Below the pieces are notes generated by a model, which saw only the letters and a list, made by a program, of their open reading frames with translations, was not told the DNA's origin and ran no database searches. DNA of 32,407 nucleotides from Candidatus Woesearchaeota archaeon (GTDB lineage Archaea > Nanobdellota > Nanobdellia > Pacearchaeales > GW2011-AR1), in assembly GCA_964460635.1 (NCBI GenBank), contig CAYWQG010000001.1, positions 1 to 32,407 on the forward strand, written 5' to 3'. A program made the position numbers and the translations under genes. The stretch's first letter is position 1. Every line of letters begins with the position of its first letter. Shown piece by piece: positions 15,790 to 23,590 of the stretch.

Positions 15790-16521
15790 TTAAGAATTTT
15801 TATAAAGTCCCAAAAAGGAATTTACAAAAAAAAAGGAATCTATTAAGAGTGCTTTCTCTTTTGATATATAAATGATTATTTGTGAAGAATCTTTAATGAA
15901 AAATTTTAATTTTTTGTCTGTAGATTTTACTTCTTTCCCAAAGAATTTTGGGAGAACTTTAGTAGGAGAATCAAAGAGAAAAATATTAATCTTCTTATCT
16001 TTTTCTAAAAATCTTTTTAAGTTCTCTGCATTAATTCTAAAATCTCTATAACCCATAGAAATTAATAACTCTTTTTTTATCGTTTTTAAGAAGGAGGTTA
16101 AAGTTTTATTCAATTCTCTTTTTCCAGAAATCATCCTATAAATCTCTTGTCGTGGTCTTTCACTTTTTCCTTCTAAATAAACTTTTTCTATTTTTTGAAA
16201 ATCCTCCGTAACGCTAAAATTAGAAATTGTGTCAAACTTTTTCTTAGTAAAATCTCGAACATCTCTCTTTATTTTTTCAATTACTTTTAAAGGTCTTACT
16301 CCAATATATCGTACCGGCTTTTCCATCCTTTTTATTGTAAATCCCTTTCGCTCTAAAGAATCTAAAACATCATAGGTTCTATTGCGGGGAACTCCAGATA
16401 ATTTAGAAAGTTCTCCCACTGAAGAAATTCCTTGTTTTATTAAAGAAACCCAAACTTTTGATTCATAACTATTCAAATTAAATTCATCTTTCAATTTGGA
16501 GATTAATTCTGCCTTTATCAT
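15790..16521 (-). CDS. TrmB-family transcriptional regulator
   Basis: 243 aa. The N-terminal winged helix LNSYESKVWVSLIKQGISSVGELSKLSGVPRNRTYDVLDSLERKGF is typical of TrmB. The C-terminal domain is uncharacterised. Confidence 0.8.
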   Translation of the reverse strand: MIKAELISKLKDEFNLNSYESKVWVSLIKQGISSVGELSKLSGVPRNRTYDVLDSLERKGFTIKRMEKPVRYIGVRPLKVIEKIKRDVRDFTKKKFDTISNFSVTEDFQKIEKVYLEGKSERPRQEIYRMISGKRELNKTLTSFLKTIKKELLISMGYRDFRINAENLKRFLEKDKKINIFLFDSPTKVLPKFFGKEVKSTDKKLKFFIKDSSQIIIYISKEKALLIDSFFFVNSFLGLYKNS

Positions 16522-16542
16522 TTCAACTCAAAAAGAAAGGAG

Positions 16543-16550
16543 TTTATAAA
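16543..16550 (-). promoter_or_regulatory. Palindromic TATA box (TTTATAAA) 21 nt upstream of the TrmB-like ATG (16521)
   Basis: Consensus octamer. The spacer 16522-16542 is 21 nt. Confidence 0.45.
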
Positions 16551-16586
16551 TCTTATTATTTGTTACCTTTTATAAGTAAATACAAT

Positions 16587-17507
16587 TTAAAAAATCGTTA
16601 GGAGATAATAGATAAATAGGGAAGAAAAAATTCCCGCGGAAATAAAAGGCATTGCAGGATAAAATTTTTTAGATTTTCCAAAGAATAAAAGGAAACTTAA
16701 TCCAATTGTAGCACCGGCTATTGAAAAAAGTGCTGCGACGAACCCTCCTATGAATGAAGGAAGGCCAAACGGCAAAAGAACTAAGGAGGCCCTATAAATA
16801 ACCCCCATAGAAATTATAGAAAATGCAACATCCCCCCCGCCAAGCATAGCAACTTTTATTTTCAAATTTTTATTCATCTTTCCCATTTTCTTCATATCCC
16901 TTATTTTTAATTTAATTTTATTAGAGAAAGAGGGTAATAGAAAACCGGGAAAAATATTCAATTTGTTTATGTGATACTTTGCCATTTTCTGCATAAAACC
17001 TGAACGCCAAACAGCCCAAGCATCATAAATGGAAATAACTATCAGAAGGATGAGAAGAGAATAAAAATGAAGTATTTTTATAAATATAATTGCAACTCCT
17101 GGATATATTAACATTTCTGTGAAATTATGTATAAAGAAATTATTTTTATATATTTTAAAGTAGGCAAAAACAAAAGCAATAATTATTGAAATGAGCTTAA
17201 AAAAAGGAATTTTATAAAAAAAAGTATTAAAAGAAATTGCCATTGACAGAACTATAATTAAAAAAAACCAAAGTCTTAGAAAAATTCTCGAATCAAGTTT
17301 TTTAAAAAGAAATGAAAGGAAAACAAAAAAAAGAATTAAAAACATAATCATCGAAAATATCAAAGAACCTATTCCAGAAGTTGCATTCGCAGAAAGTCCA
17401 TAAGGAAGAAGATTATTATTGTAATAAGAAACTACGAAGAGTCCTATAAATTGGACGAGTATAAATAGAGATAATAATAAGAATGTTACTTTTTTTTTAT
17501 GTTTCAT
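16587..17507 (-). CDS. Presenilin/signal-peptide-peptidase-like intramembrane aspartyl protease (archaeal PSH type)
   Basis: 306 aa, polytopic (about 9 hydrophobic segments). It has the catalytic pair SIYDAWAV and MLGGGDVAF (YD ... GxGD) plus a PAL-like YPAMPF near the C-terminus. A GGGAG lies 10 nt upstream of the ATG. Confidence 0.75.
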   Translation of the reverse strand: MKHKKKVTFLLLSLFILVQFIGLFVVSYYNNNLLPYGLSANATSGIGSLIFSMIMFLILFFVFLSFLFKKLDSRIFLRLWFFLIIVLSMAISFNTFFYKIPFFKLISIIIAFVFAYFKIYKNNFFIHNFTEMLIYPGVAIIFIKILHFYSLLILLIVISIYDAWAVWRSGFMQKMAKYHINKLNIFPGFLLPSFSNKIKLKIRDMKKMGKMNKNLKIKVAMLGGGDVAFSIISMGVIYRASLVLLPFGLPSFIGGFVAALFSIAGATIGLSFLLFFGKSKKFYPAMPFISAGIFSSLFIYYLLTIF

Positions 17508-17603
17508 TAATTTTAATCTCCCGCGTCTTCGACGATGAATTAATTAAATATTCCAAAGAAGATTTAAAAATCTATTGATGTGTCTCCTGAGAGAAATAAT
17601 TAA

Positions 17604-19487
17604 TTACCTTAATCTTACTGAATCCATAATTCTTGGAACAGTGGTTTCTGTCTTAGTCATCTTATAAAGAGAAGAAGCCAAATCCATAGATTTAGAAATC
17701 TCTCCATGATTAATAAGTATCCTTTTAGGTCTCGGTTTTAGGTTATTGAAAAAGGAAATTAACTCTGACCTTCCAGGATGGGCTGTTAAACCAATTATAC
17801 TATTTACTTCTAAATTAATCTTTAGAACTTTTTCGGTTCCTTCAGAATCAATTTTTATTTCTTTTCTTCCATCCTGAATATCTCGTCCAACCGAACCGAC
17901 TCCCTGATAACAAACAAAAATTATTGAATTATTTTTATTCTCTGCATAATTTTTTAAATATTCCACAGAAGCCCCTCCAACAAGCATTCCCGAAGTCGCT
18001 AAGACAATCGAGGGTCCCCCATTCATTATCAATTTTCTTTCTTCCATAGAACCGACTCTTGAAAATATTGGTGAAAGAAAAGGATTATCTCCCCTAAAAA
18101 TCCTAAACTTTAGATTACTATTTAAAAAAGAGGGATATGTTGTATGTATCGCATTTATATCCCAAATCATTCCATCAATATAGACCGGAACTTTTTCTAT
18201 TCTTCCAGACTTCATAGCTTCTTCTAAAATTAACATGGTTTCTTGGGCTCTGCCCAATCCCAGTTCGGGTATTAAAACTTTTCCTCCTCGCTTTAAAGTC
18301 TTAGATATAACATCTAAAAGTTTATCATCTGATTCTTTCCTCGTTGGAAGAACATCATTTTTAGAACCATAAGTTGATTCAGTTATTATTGATTCAACTC
18401 TTGGAAAATCTGACGAAGCTTTATTCAATAATTTTGAATTTAAATATTTAAAATCTCCAGTATAAACCAAATTGTGTAAACCATTTCCTATATTCAAATG
18501 AATCATTGAACTTCCAAGACAATGTCCTGAATTATAAAACGTTAATCTAACATCGGGGGTTATATCCGTAACGCCATTGAAATTCAAAGTTATACTATGT
18601 TTCACCATCTCCTTTATGTCTTTGGAATTGAACAGAGGTGCCTTTGCTTGTTTGTAATTGACCCCAATCAAATCTAAAGCTAATAAAGCTGCTATGTCCC
18701 TCGTAGGCTCTGTCATATAAACAGGTCCTTTGTAGCCCATCTTGTAAAGATAGGGAACTAAAGCAACGTGATCTAAATGTGCGTGACTTATTATAATTGC
18801 ATCAAGTTTAGAAATATCAAATTCAGGGATTTTAAAATAAGGATATTGCTCTTCTCCTTTTGCGGCAACATTTATACCGCAATCCAAAAGGACTCTTGAA
18901 TTTGGAGTCTGTAACAAAATTGAACTTCTTCCAACTTGTCTTGCCCCTCCAAGAAAAGAAACTCTTACCCACTCTTCCCCTTGATCTTTATTCCAACTGG
19001 AATAAATCTTCTTTCCGACTTCATTCAAAAACTTTCTTCTAAAATCATTATTCGCGTATAAAACACTCCTTATACTTTCTGTAATTTTACTTTTTATTTC
19101 CGGAGATCTCCTTACATTTGGCACCCAAAGGGTCTTCCTTCTTAAATCTTCTAAAATAGAACCTTCTCTGCCTATAACCAATCCCGGCCGTTTTGCTTCT
19201 ATTATAACAACCCCCCTTGAAGAATCAAAAAATATAGCTTCAATTCCAGCATCTTTCGGAATGAGCCCCTCTATTTCTTTTCTCGCTTTCTCCTCACTCA
19301 TAAGGATAGTTTCTTCTGCTCTCAAATCTATTCTCTTTTTTAAATTATTAACAACTTTTTTTATATCAGAAATTCCATTTTTGAAAAAATTCTCATTATC
19401 TGTATAGAGAACGATATTCGCGCCCTCAAAACTTGCATCAGTTATTACACTACCTAATTGGTTAGTGACTTCTTTAAGAATGTCCAT
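17604..19487 (-). CDS. aCPSF1 (KH-KH / metallo-beta-lactamase / beta-CASP ribonuclease; transcription termination factor FttA type)
   Basis: 627 aa. It has N-terminal KH-like domains (GREGSILEDLRRKT), the MBL motif HAHLDHVALVPYLYKMGYKGPVYMTEPTRD and a beta-CASP C-terminal half. It starts 6 nt after the psmB stop. Confidence 0.92.
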   Translation of the reverse strand: MDILKEVTNQLGSVITDASFEGANIVLYTDNENFFKNGISDIKKVVNNLKKRIDLRAEETILMSEEKARKEIEGLIPKDAGIEAIFFDSSRGVVIIEAKRPGLVIGREGSILEDLRRKTLWVPNVRRSPEIKSKITESIRSVLYANNDFRRKFLNEVGKKIYSSWNKDQGEEWVRVSFLGGARQVGRSSILLQTPNSRVLLDCGINVAAKGEEQYPYFKIPEFDISKLDAIIISHAHLDHVALVPYLYKMGYKGPVYMTEPTRDIAALLALDLIGVNYKQAKAPLFNSKDIKEMVKHSITLNFNGVTDITPDVRLTFYNSGHCLGSSMIHLNIGNGLHNLVYTGDFKYLNSKLLNKASSDFPRVESIITESTYGSKNDVLPTRKESDDKLLDVISKTLKRGGKVLIPELGLGRAQETMLILEEAMKSGRIEKVPVYIDGMIWDINAIHTTYPSFLNSNLKFRIFRGDNPFLSPIFSRVGSMEERKLIMNGGPSIVLATSGMLVGGASVEYLKNYAENKNNSIIFVCYQGVGSVGRDIQDGRKEIKIDSEGTEKVLKINLEVNSIIGLTAHPGRSELISFFNNLKPRPKRILINHGEISKSMDLASSLYKMTKTETTVPRIMDSVRLR

Positions 19488-19493
19488 TTAAAA

Positions 19494-20162
19494 TTAATCG
19501 TCTTCAAAAACAGGTTTAATCTTCTGTTCCAAGACTTTTTTTATTCCTTCTTTGGAAATTGTAAAAATATCTATACCATAACCTGAAGCCATATCTCTTT
19601 GCGTCGAAGATTTTATTGCTTCTTTCGCAAGCACGACTCCTTCTTTCAGAGAAAGACCTTTTTTATATTGTCTTTCTAAAAGCCCTAAAACATATGGCAT
19701 TCCTGAACCAAAATTAGCATCATAACTTTCTACCTTTGAAACGCTTCCTGCAGGTTCTATTGAATATAAGGAAGGAACCCCGGTCCTATCAAAGCCTCCA
19801 ATTAAAATTCCAACAATAGATGGAATTGTTGAGGGCTGTCTTATTTGTGAGAAAATTATAGAAGACGCAAGATTTGCAGATTCTTTAACTGTAGGTCTAA
19901 CTCTTGAATCTAATTCTTTTAATTTTAATTCAGCGGTAACCACCTTGGAGAATCTTTGAGCATCAGAAACACTACCAGTGAAAGAGAGAAGAAGATAATC
20001 ATTTACTTTCACTGTTTTTTTAAAATTCTTTGAAACGACTAAATTCCCTGCGGAGACCTGTCTATCTGAGGCCATAACAATCCCATCCTTACAAACGATT
20101 CCAAGAATTGTTGTTCCTGTATTCATTATATTCTCTTTTATAAAATCTTTTTCCATTTTCAT
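19494..20162 (-). CDS. psmB: Proteasome beta subunit
   Basis: 222 aa. A short propeptide precedes G/TTILGIV (catalytic Thr). Family-typical segments include MASDRQVS and NFGSGMPY. Confidence 0.92.
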   Translation of the reverse strand: MKMEKDFIKENIMNTGTTILGIVCKDGIVMASDRQVSAGNLVVSKNFKKTVKVNDYLLLSFTGSVSDAQRFSKVVTAELKLKELDSRVRPTVKESANLASSIIFSQIRQPSTIPSIVGILIGGFDRTGVPSLYSIEPAGSVSKVESYDANFGSGMPYVLGLLERQYKKGLSLKEGVVLAKEAIKSSTQRDMASGYGIDIFTISKEGIKKVLEQKIKPVFEDD

Positions 20163-20243
20163 AGAATTAATATCTAAACATGAAAATTTCTATATTTAAA
20201 CTTTACTCTTTTCATTTTCTAATCTAAAATTACTTAAATTAAT

Positions 20244-22292
20244 CTATTCTTCAATAAAAGTTACTTTTTCTTTTTTTCTAAATCGAATTATATGCTCTAC
20301 AAAATCTCCTATTTTTTGTTCATGACTAACTATGATTAATTGTTCAACATTAACTGCCTGGAAAATATCTCTCAATCTGTCTAACTGCCTCTCTGAAAAA
20401 CCCTCGGTAGGCTCATCCAAAATTAAAATATTTTTTGTTTTTAAAGAACTCATTAGAGAATTTAAAACTTGGGTCAAAGCCAAACGATAAGCGAACGCAA
20501 CGGCAGTCCGTTCCCCCCCTGAAAGATAAGCATAATCAATTTGATAATCCTTTTGTTCAATCATTGGAGAGAACTCAGAATCTATTGAAGCTTCAAAATA
20601 ATCCGAAACTAAAAGAGAAAACCAATCAGAAAATAAGTTTGAGAAATCCCATCTTATCTTGACCATAACATTCCTTTCTATTGAAATAATCAAAGGAATA
20701 AAACTATCTGTGAGCCAATTTTCTATTTTTATGAGATTATCAACCTGTTCCTTTATATCCTCTGATTTAGCAATCTTAATCTCCAATTCTTTTATCCGTC
20801 CGAAGAAAAACTCCAACTCTTTCTTGATCCCTACGACTTCCATTTCCATTTTTCTTTCTATCTGTGAAGTTATTTCTAATTCCTGTTTCTTAATTTCGAA
20901 AATAGAATCAAATCCCCTCAATTTAAAAATTTCTTTTTCTAAGCCTTCAAGATGATCCTTTAATAAATTAAGATTTTTTTCCAAGGAGTTATTCTCTGAC
21001 TCTAAAAGTTCTAACCTCTTTTTTTTCTCATCAATCCTTCCAAATTCGATTTCCAAAATTTTCAAATTGTTTAATTTAACTGAATAACTCTCAAGTTCCT
21101 CGTTGAGAGAAATAATTTTATTAGATAATTCTTTTTTCTCTCCTAAAAATAGGGTAATTAATTTATTATTTTCCGTCCGCTCATTGTAAGCCTTGTTCAA
21201 AATATTTGCCCTATAAACCGCATCTACATCTTGCAAACAAGTCGGGCAATTTTGTAAATTGGACATATTCTTCGTTAATCTCTCCGAATCCTCATTTTTC
21301 ATTTCAAGAGAATTTATATTTGAATTTAGTTCGGATAAGCGTATATTAGTCTCCTCTTTTTTCTTTTTCAAAGAAAAAATCTCTTTTTCTATTTCTGGAA
21401 TTTTTAATAACACAGAACTCTCTTCTTCTTTTTCCTTTACATCTGAATCTAATTTTAAAATTGTTTTTTTATTACTTGAGAAAAGATCCAATTTATTAGA
21501 AGCAATTATTTTTATTTTCTCTATCTCTTGATTTGTTGAGATTTTTTCTTTTATCTTCTCTTCAAGAATCTCCTTTTCCTCTTTTATTTTTTGTAGTTCA
21601 ATTTTCTTCAAAGACAATTCTCTTTTTTTAGATTCATAAAGAACCTCCTTGAGAACAGCCTCTTTTTGCTTGACTCCTAAATCTCTCTTGTCTTCTTCGA
21701 GTCCAATTAATTCTCCTTGTTTCAATCGTTTCTCTTCCCTCAATTTCGCCAAAAGTAAATGAGAATTCTCTATGATTTGTTTATATTTATCTATCCCAAA
21801 AATACTTCTTAAAGTATTCATCCTAAATAAGGGGTCTTGTAAAATTATTTGTTTCATCTCCTCCTGAGGAGTATAAATTGTGAATTTGTATAGGAGGTTT
21901 TGTCTTTTTAAAAATTCTGTTGGATATCCAAAAAGTTGGAGAACCTTCATTTTTAGTTCTGTAACAGAAAGCTCCTGCTCTAAACCATTAATACTTATAA
22001 GACAAGACCCTTGAGAAATTTTTTTCTTTCTTAAAAGTTCTCTTGTTATTATTATTTCTTTATCTTCTATTGAAAAAGTTAAACAAACTTTTCCTTCTTC
22101 TTCTCCTTCTCTCAATAAAGAACTTCCTCGTTGCCCGGGTTGTAAACCGAAAAAAGCAAACTCAATTGCAAGAAGAACTGAGGTCTTTCCCGAACCGACA
22201 TCCCCTGAAAGTAAAGTTAAACCTTTTTTGAAATAGACTTCGCTATGTTTGTAACTTCTTATATTATCTAAGACTATTTTTTTTAAAATCAT
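20244..22292 (-). CDS. rad50: DNA double-strand break repair ATPase Rad50 (short coiled-coil version)
   Basis: 682 aa. Walker A is GDVGSGKTS, the central zinc hook is NCPTCLQ (CxxC), the signature is LSGGERT and Walker B is ILILDEPT. Long K/E-rich coiled-coil arms are present. Confidence 0.9.
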   Translation of the reverse strand: MILKKIVLDNIRSYKHSEVYFKKGLTLLSGDVGSGKTSVLLAIEFAFFGLQPGQRGSSLLREGEEEGKVCLTFSIEDKEIIITRELLRKKKISQGSCLISINGLEQELSVTELKMKVLQLFGYPTEFLKRQNLLYKFTIYTPQEEMKQIILQDPLFRMNTLRSIFGIDKYKQIIENSHLLLAKLREEKRLKQGELIGLEEDKRDLGVKQKEAVLKEVLYESKKRELSLKKIELQKIKEEKEILEEKIKEKISTNQEIEKIKIIASNKLDLFSSNKKTILKLDSDVKEKEEESSVLLKIPEIEKEIFSLKKKKEETNIRLSELNSNINSLEMKNEDSERLTKNMSNLQNCPTCLQDVDAVYRANILNKAYNERTENNKLITLFLGEKKELSNKIISLNEELESYSVKLNNLKILEIEFGRIDEKKKRLELLESENNSLEKNLNLLKDHLEGLEKEIFKLRGFDSIFEIKKQELEITSQIERKMEMEVVGIKKELEFFFGRIKELEIKIAKSEDIKEQVDNLIKIENWLTDSFIPLIISIERNVMVKIRWDFSNLFSDWFSLLVSDYFEASIDSEFSPMIEQKDYQIDYAYLSGGERTAVAFAYRLALTQVLNSLMSSLKTKNILILDEPTEGFSERQLDRLRDIFQAVNVEQLIIVSHEQKIGDFVEHIIRFRKKEKVTFIEE

Positions 22293-22310
22293 GTTTAGTA
22301 AAAATAAAAA

Positions 22311-22330
22311 GAGTATATAAAAATATACTC
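22311..22330 (-). promoter_or_regulatory. Palindromic TATA element of rad50 (plus strand GAGTATATAAAAATATACTC). The TATA octamer 22314-22321 lies 21 nt upstream of the ATG at 22292.
   Basis: 8-bp inverted arms (GAGTATAT/ATATACTC) surround AAAA. On the sense strand this is followed by TTTTTATTTTT. It lies in the 51-nt mre11-rad50 spacer. Confidence 0.45.
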
Positions 22331-22343
22331 CATTTAGAAATTA

Positions 22344-23504
22344 TTAAAATTTTAAAACTTTTTTTGAATCCTCAAAAATACGATTAAGAAAAACTTCTCC
22401 TTTTTCCCCTTCTTGTTTTTCTATGGAAAGGACGTTCATCAAAAGAGGTATAAGTTTATTAAAATTGTTAGAATTTTTTGTAGAGAATTTTCTTATTGAA
22501 TCTTTCTCGACATTTTTGGAATCAGATAAGGAATATTCTAATTCTACTTCTTTACTTTTCAGTTCATGAGTATTTTTTAAGAAAAAATATGCTCCTTCTT
22601 TTCTCAAAAAATCTTCGATTTTAGGAAATCCAAGGTCAGATATTTTTCCGGTTTCTAATTCTCCTTTAATTCTTAATAAGACAATTTTATCCCGGACATT
22701 CAAGGAACTTAATTTATTCAAAATTTCTTCTTTTCCTTTTAAGGAATCTTTAATCTCAATAGTTAAAGATAAAATCTCTTTCAACTTCAAATCTATTTTT
22801 TGAAGTTGAATTGAAGAATTCGTATCAACAATATAAAAACCTCCTCCTTTTAAATCTTCTAATTCTTTGAAGCTCTCTGGAAAAATAGGCCCGGGGTAAA
22901 CAAAATTTTTGTAAACAAAATCTATATGTAAATGTCCAAAGGCATAATAATCGACTTGAGGCAACAATTCCGCCTCTATCGAATCAATCGGGAGAGTTCC
23001 TTTCGCTTGTTCTAAGGTCGTGTGTAACATTAAAATTCTAAAAAGCCCAGGAGAGTCATTCAATTTTATTTTTCTTAAATCAGGTATCTCTAAGCCTGCT
23101 TTCTTCCCAGGATATCCATATATCGCAACCCCTTCATAAATAATTGGACTTAAAATAAGGGCTCCTTCTTTTTCTTCGATTTTTGTCACATTTTCACAAA
23201 AGCCCGCTTTTTCGAGCACCTCTAAAAATGTTTTTCCTGAGGCAGAATAATCATGAGAACCTGCAATTATAAAACAAGGTATTTTTGCTTCCTTTAATCT
23301 CCGGAATTCTGCGAAAGTATCTTTTAAAATTTCTATTGGTGGAAACGCAGAATCAAAAAGGTCTCCTGCAAATAAAATAAAATCTACTTTTGAAGTTAAA
23401 CATAAATTAATCGCTTCATGAAAATAAGCCACATTCAAATCCTGCATTGGTTTCTGTTTCCAGCCTCCCAAATGAACATCAGCTATATGTGCAAATTTTA
23501 CCAT
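22344..23504 (-). CDS. mre11: DNA double-strand break repair nuclease Mre11
   Basis: 386 aa. It has the calcineurin-like phosphoesterase motifs HIADVHLG, GDLFD, GSHD and GHLH. It lies directly upstream of rad50. Confidence 0.9.
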   Translation of the reverse strand: MVKFAHIADVHLGGWKQKPMQDLNVAYFHEAINLCLTSKVDFILFAGDLFDSAFPPIEILKDTFAEFRRLKEAKIPCFIIAGSHDYSASGKTFLEVLEKAGFCENVTKIEEKEGALILSPIIYEGVAIYGYPGKKAGLEIPDLRKIKLNDSPGLFRILMLHTTLEQAKGTLPIDSIEAELLPQVDYYAFGHLHIDFVYKNFVYPGPIFPESFKELEDLKGGGFYIVDTNSSIQLQKIDLKLKEILSLTIEIKDSLKGKEEILNKLSSLNVRDKIVLLRIKGELETGKISDLGFPKIEDFLRKEGAYFFLKNTHELKSKEVELEYSLSDSKNVEKDSIRKFSTKNSNNFNKLIPLLMNVLSIEKQEGEKGEVFLNRIFEDSKKVLKF

Positions 23505-23522
23505 TATCTAAAAAAATTATAG

Positions 23523-23540
23523 AAGTATATAAACATACTT
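23523..23540 (-). promoter_or_regulatory. Palindromic TATA element of mre11 (plus strand AAGTATATAAACATACTT). The TATA octamer 23526-23533 lies 21 nt upstream of the ATG at 23504.
   Basis: 6-bp inverted arms (AAGTAT/ATACTT). It shares the 10-mer AGTATATAAA and the ATACT arm with the rad50 element. Confidence 0.45.
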
Positions 23541-23573
23541 AAAAAAAATAAAAAAGGGGATTTTAAAACCCCC
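23541..23573 (-). terminator. Intrinsic-terminator-like hairpin plus U-tract downstream of the orphan secreted-protein gene
   Basis: The sense strand reads GGGGGTTTTAAAATCCCC: a 7-bp stem including four G-C pairs and one G-U, with a UUAA loop. TTTTTTATTTTTTTT follows immediately. It begins 18 nt after the stop at 23591 and is the only GC-clamped stem I found in an intergenic region. Confidence 0.55.
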
Positions 23574-23590
23574 AAAAAACCTAATTGAAC

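Noticed and set aside
16587-17507. The GxGD membrane protease as the missing prepilin peptidase (PibD/FlaK/EppA) of the pilus cluster
   Set aside because: The motif set YD...GxGD...PA(M/L), the ~9 TM segments and similarity to the archaeal presenilin/SPP pattern (SIYDA.AV) fit family A22 rather than A24 prepilin peptidases. It is also unlinked to the pilus genes.
20435-22231. Four plus-strand ORFs (20435-20662, 20659-20955, 21259-21531, 22043-22231) inside rad50
   Set aside because: They are antisense shadows of the K/E-rich coiled-coil coding sequence. AAA/GAA-rich codons read as TTT/TTC on the other strand, which gives stop-poor F/L/S-rich frames. The products are low complexity and lack start context, and the rad50 frame carries all diagnostic motifs.
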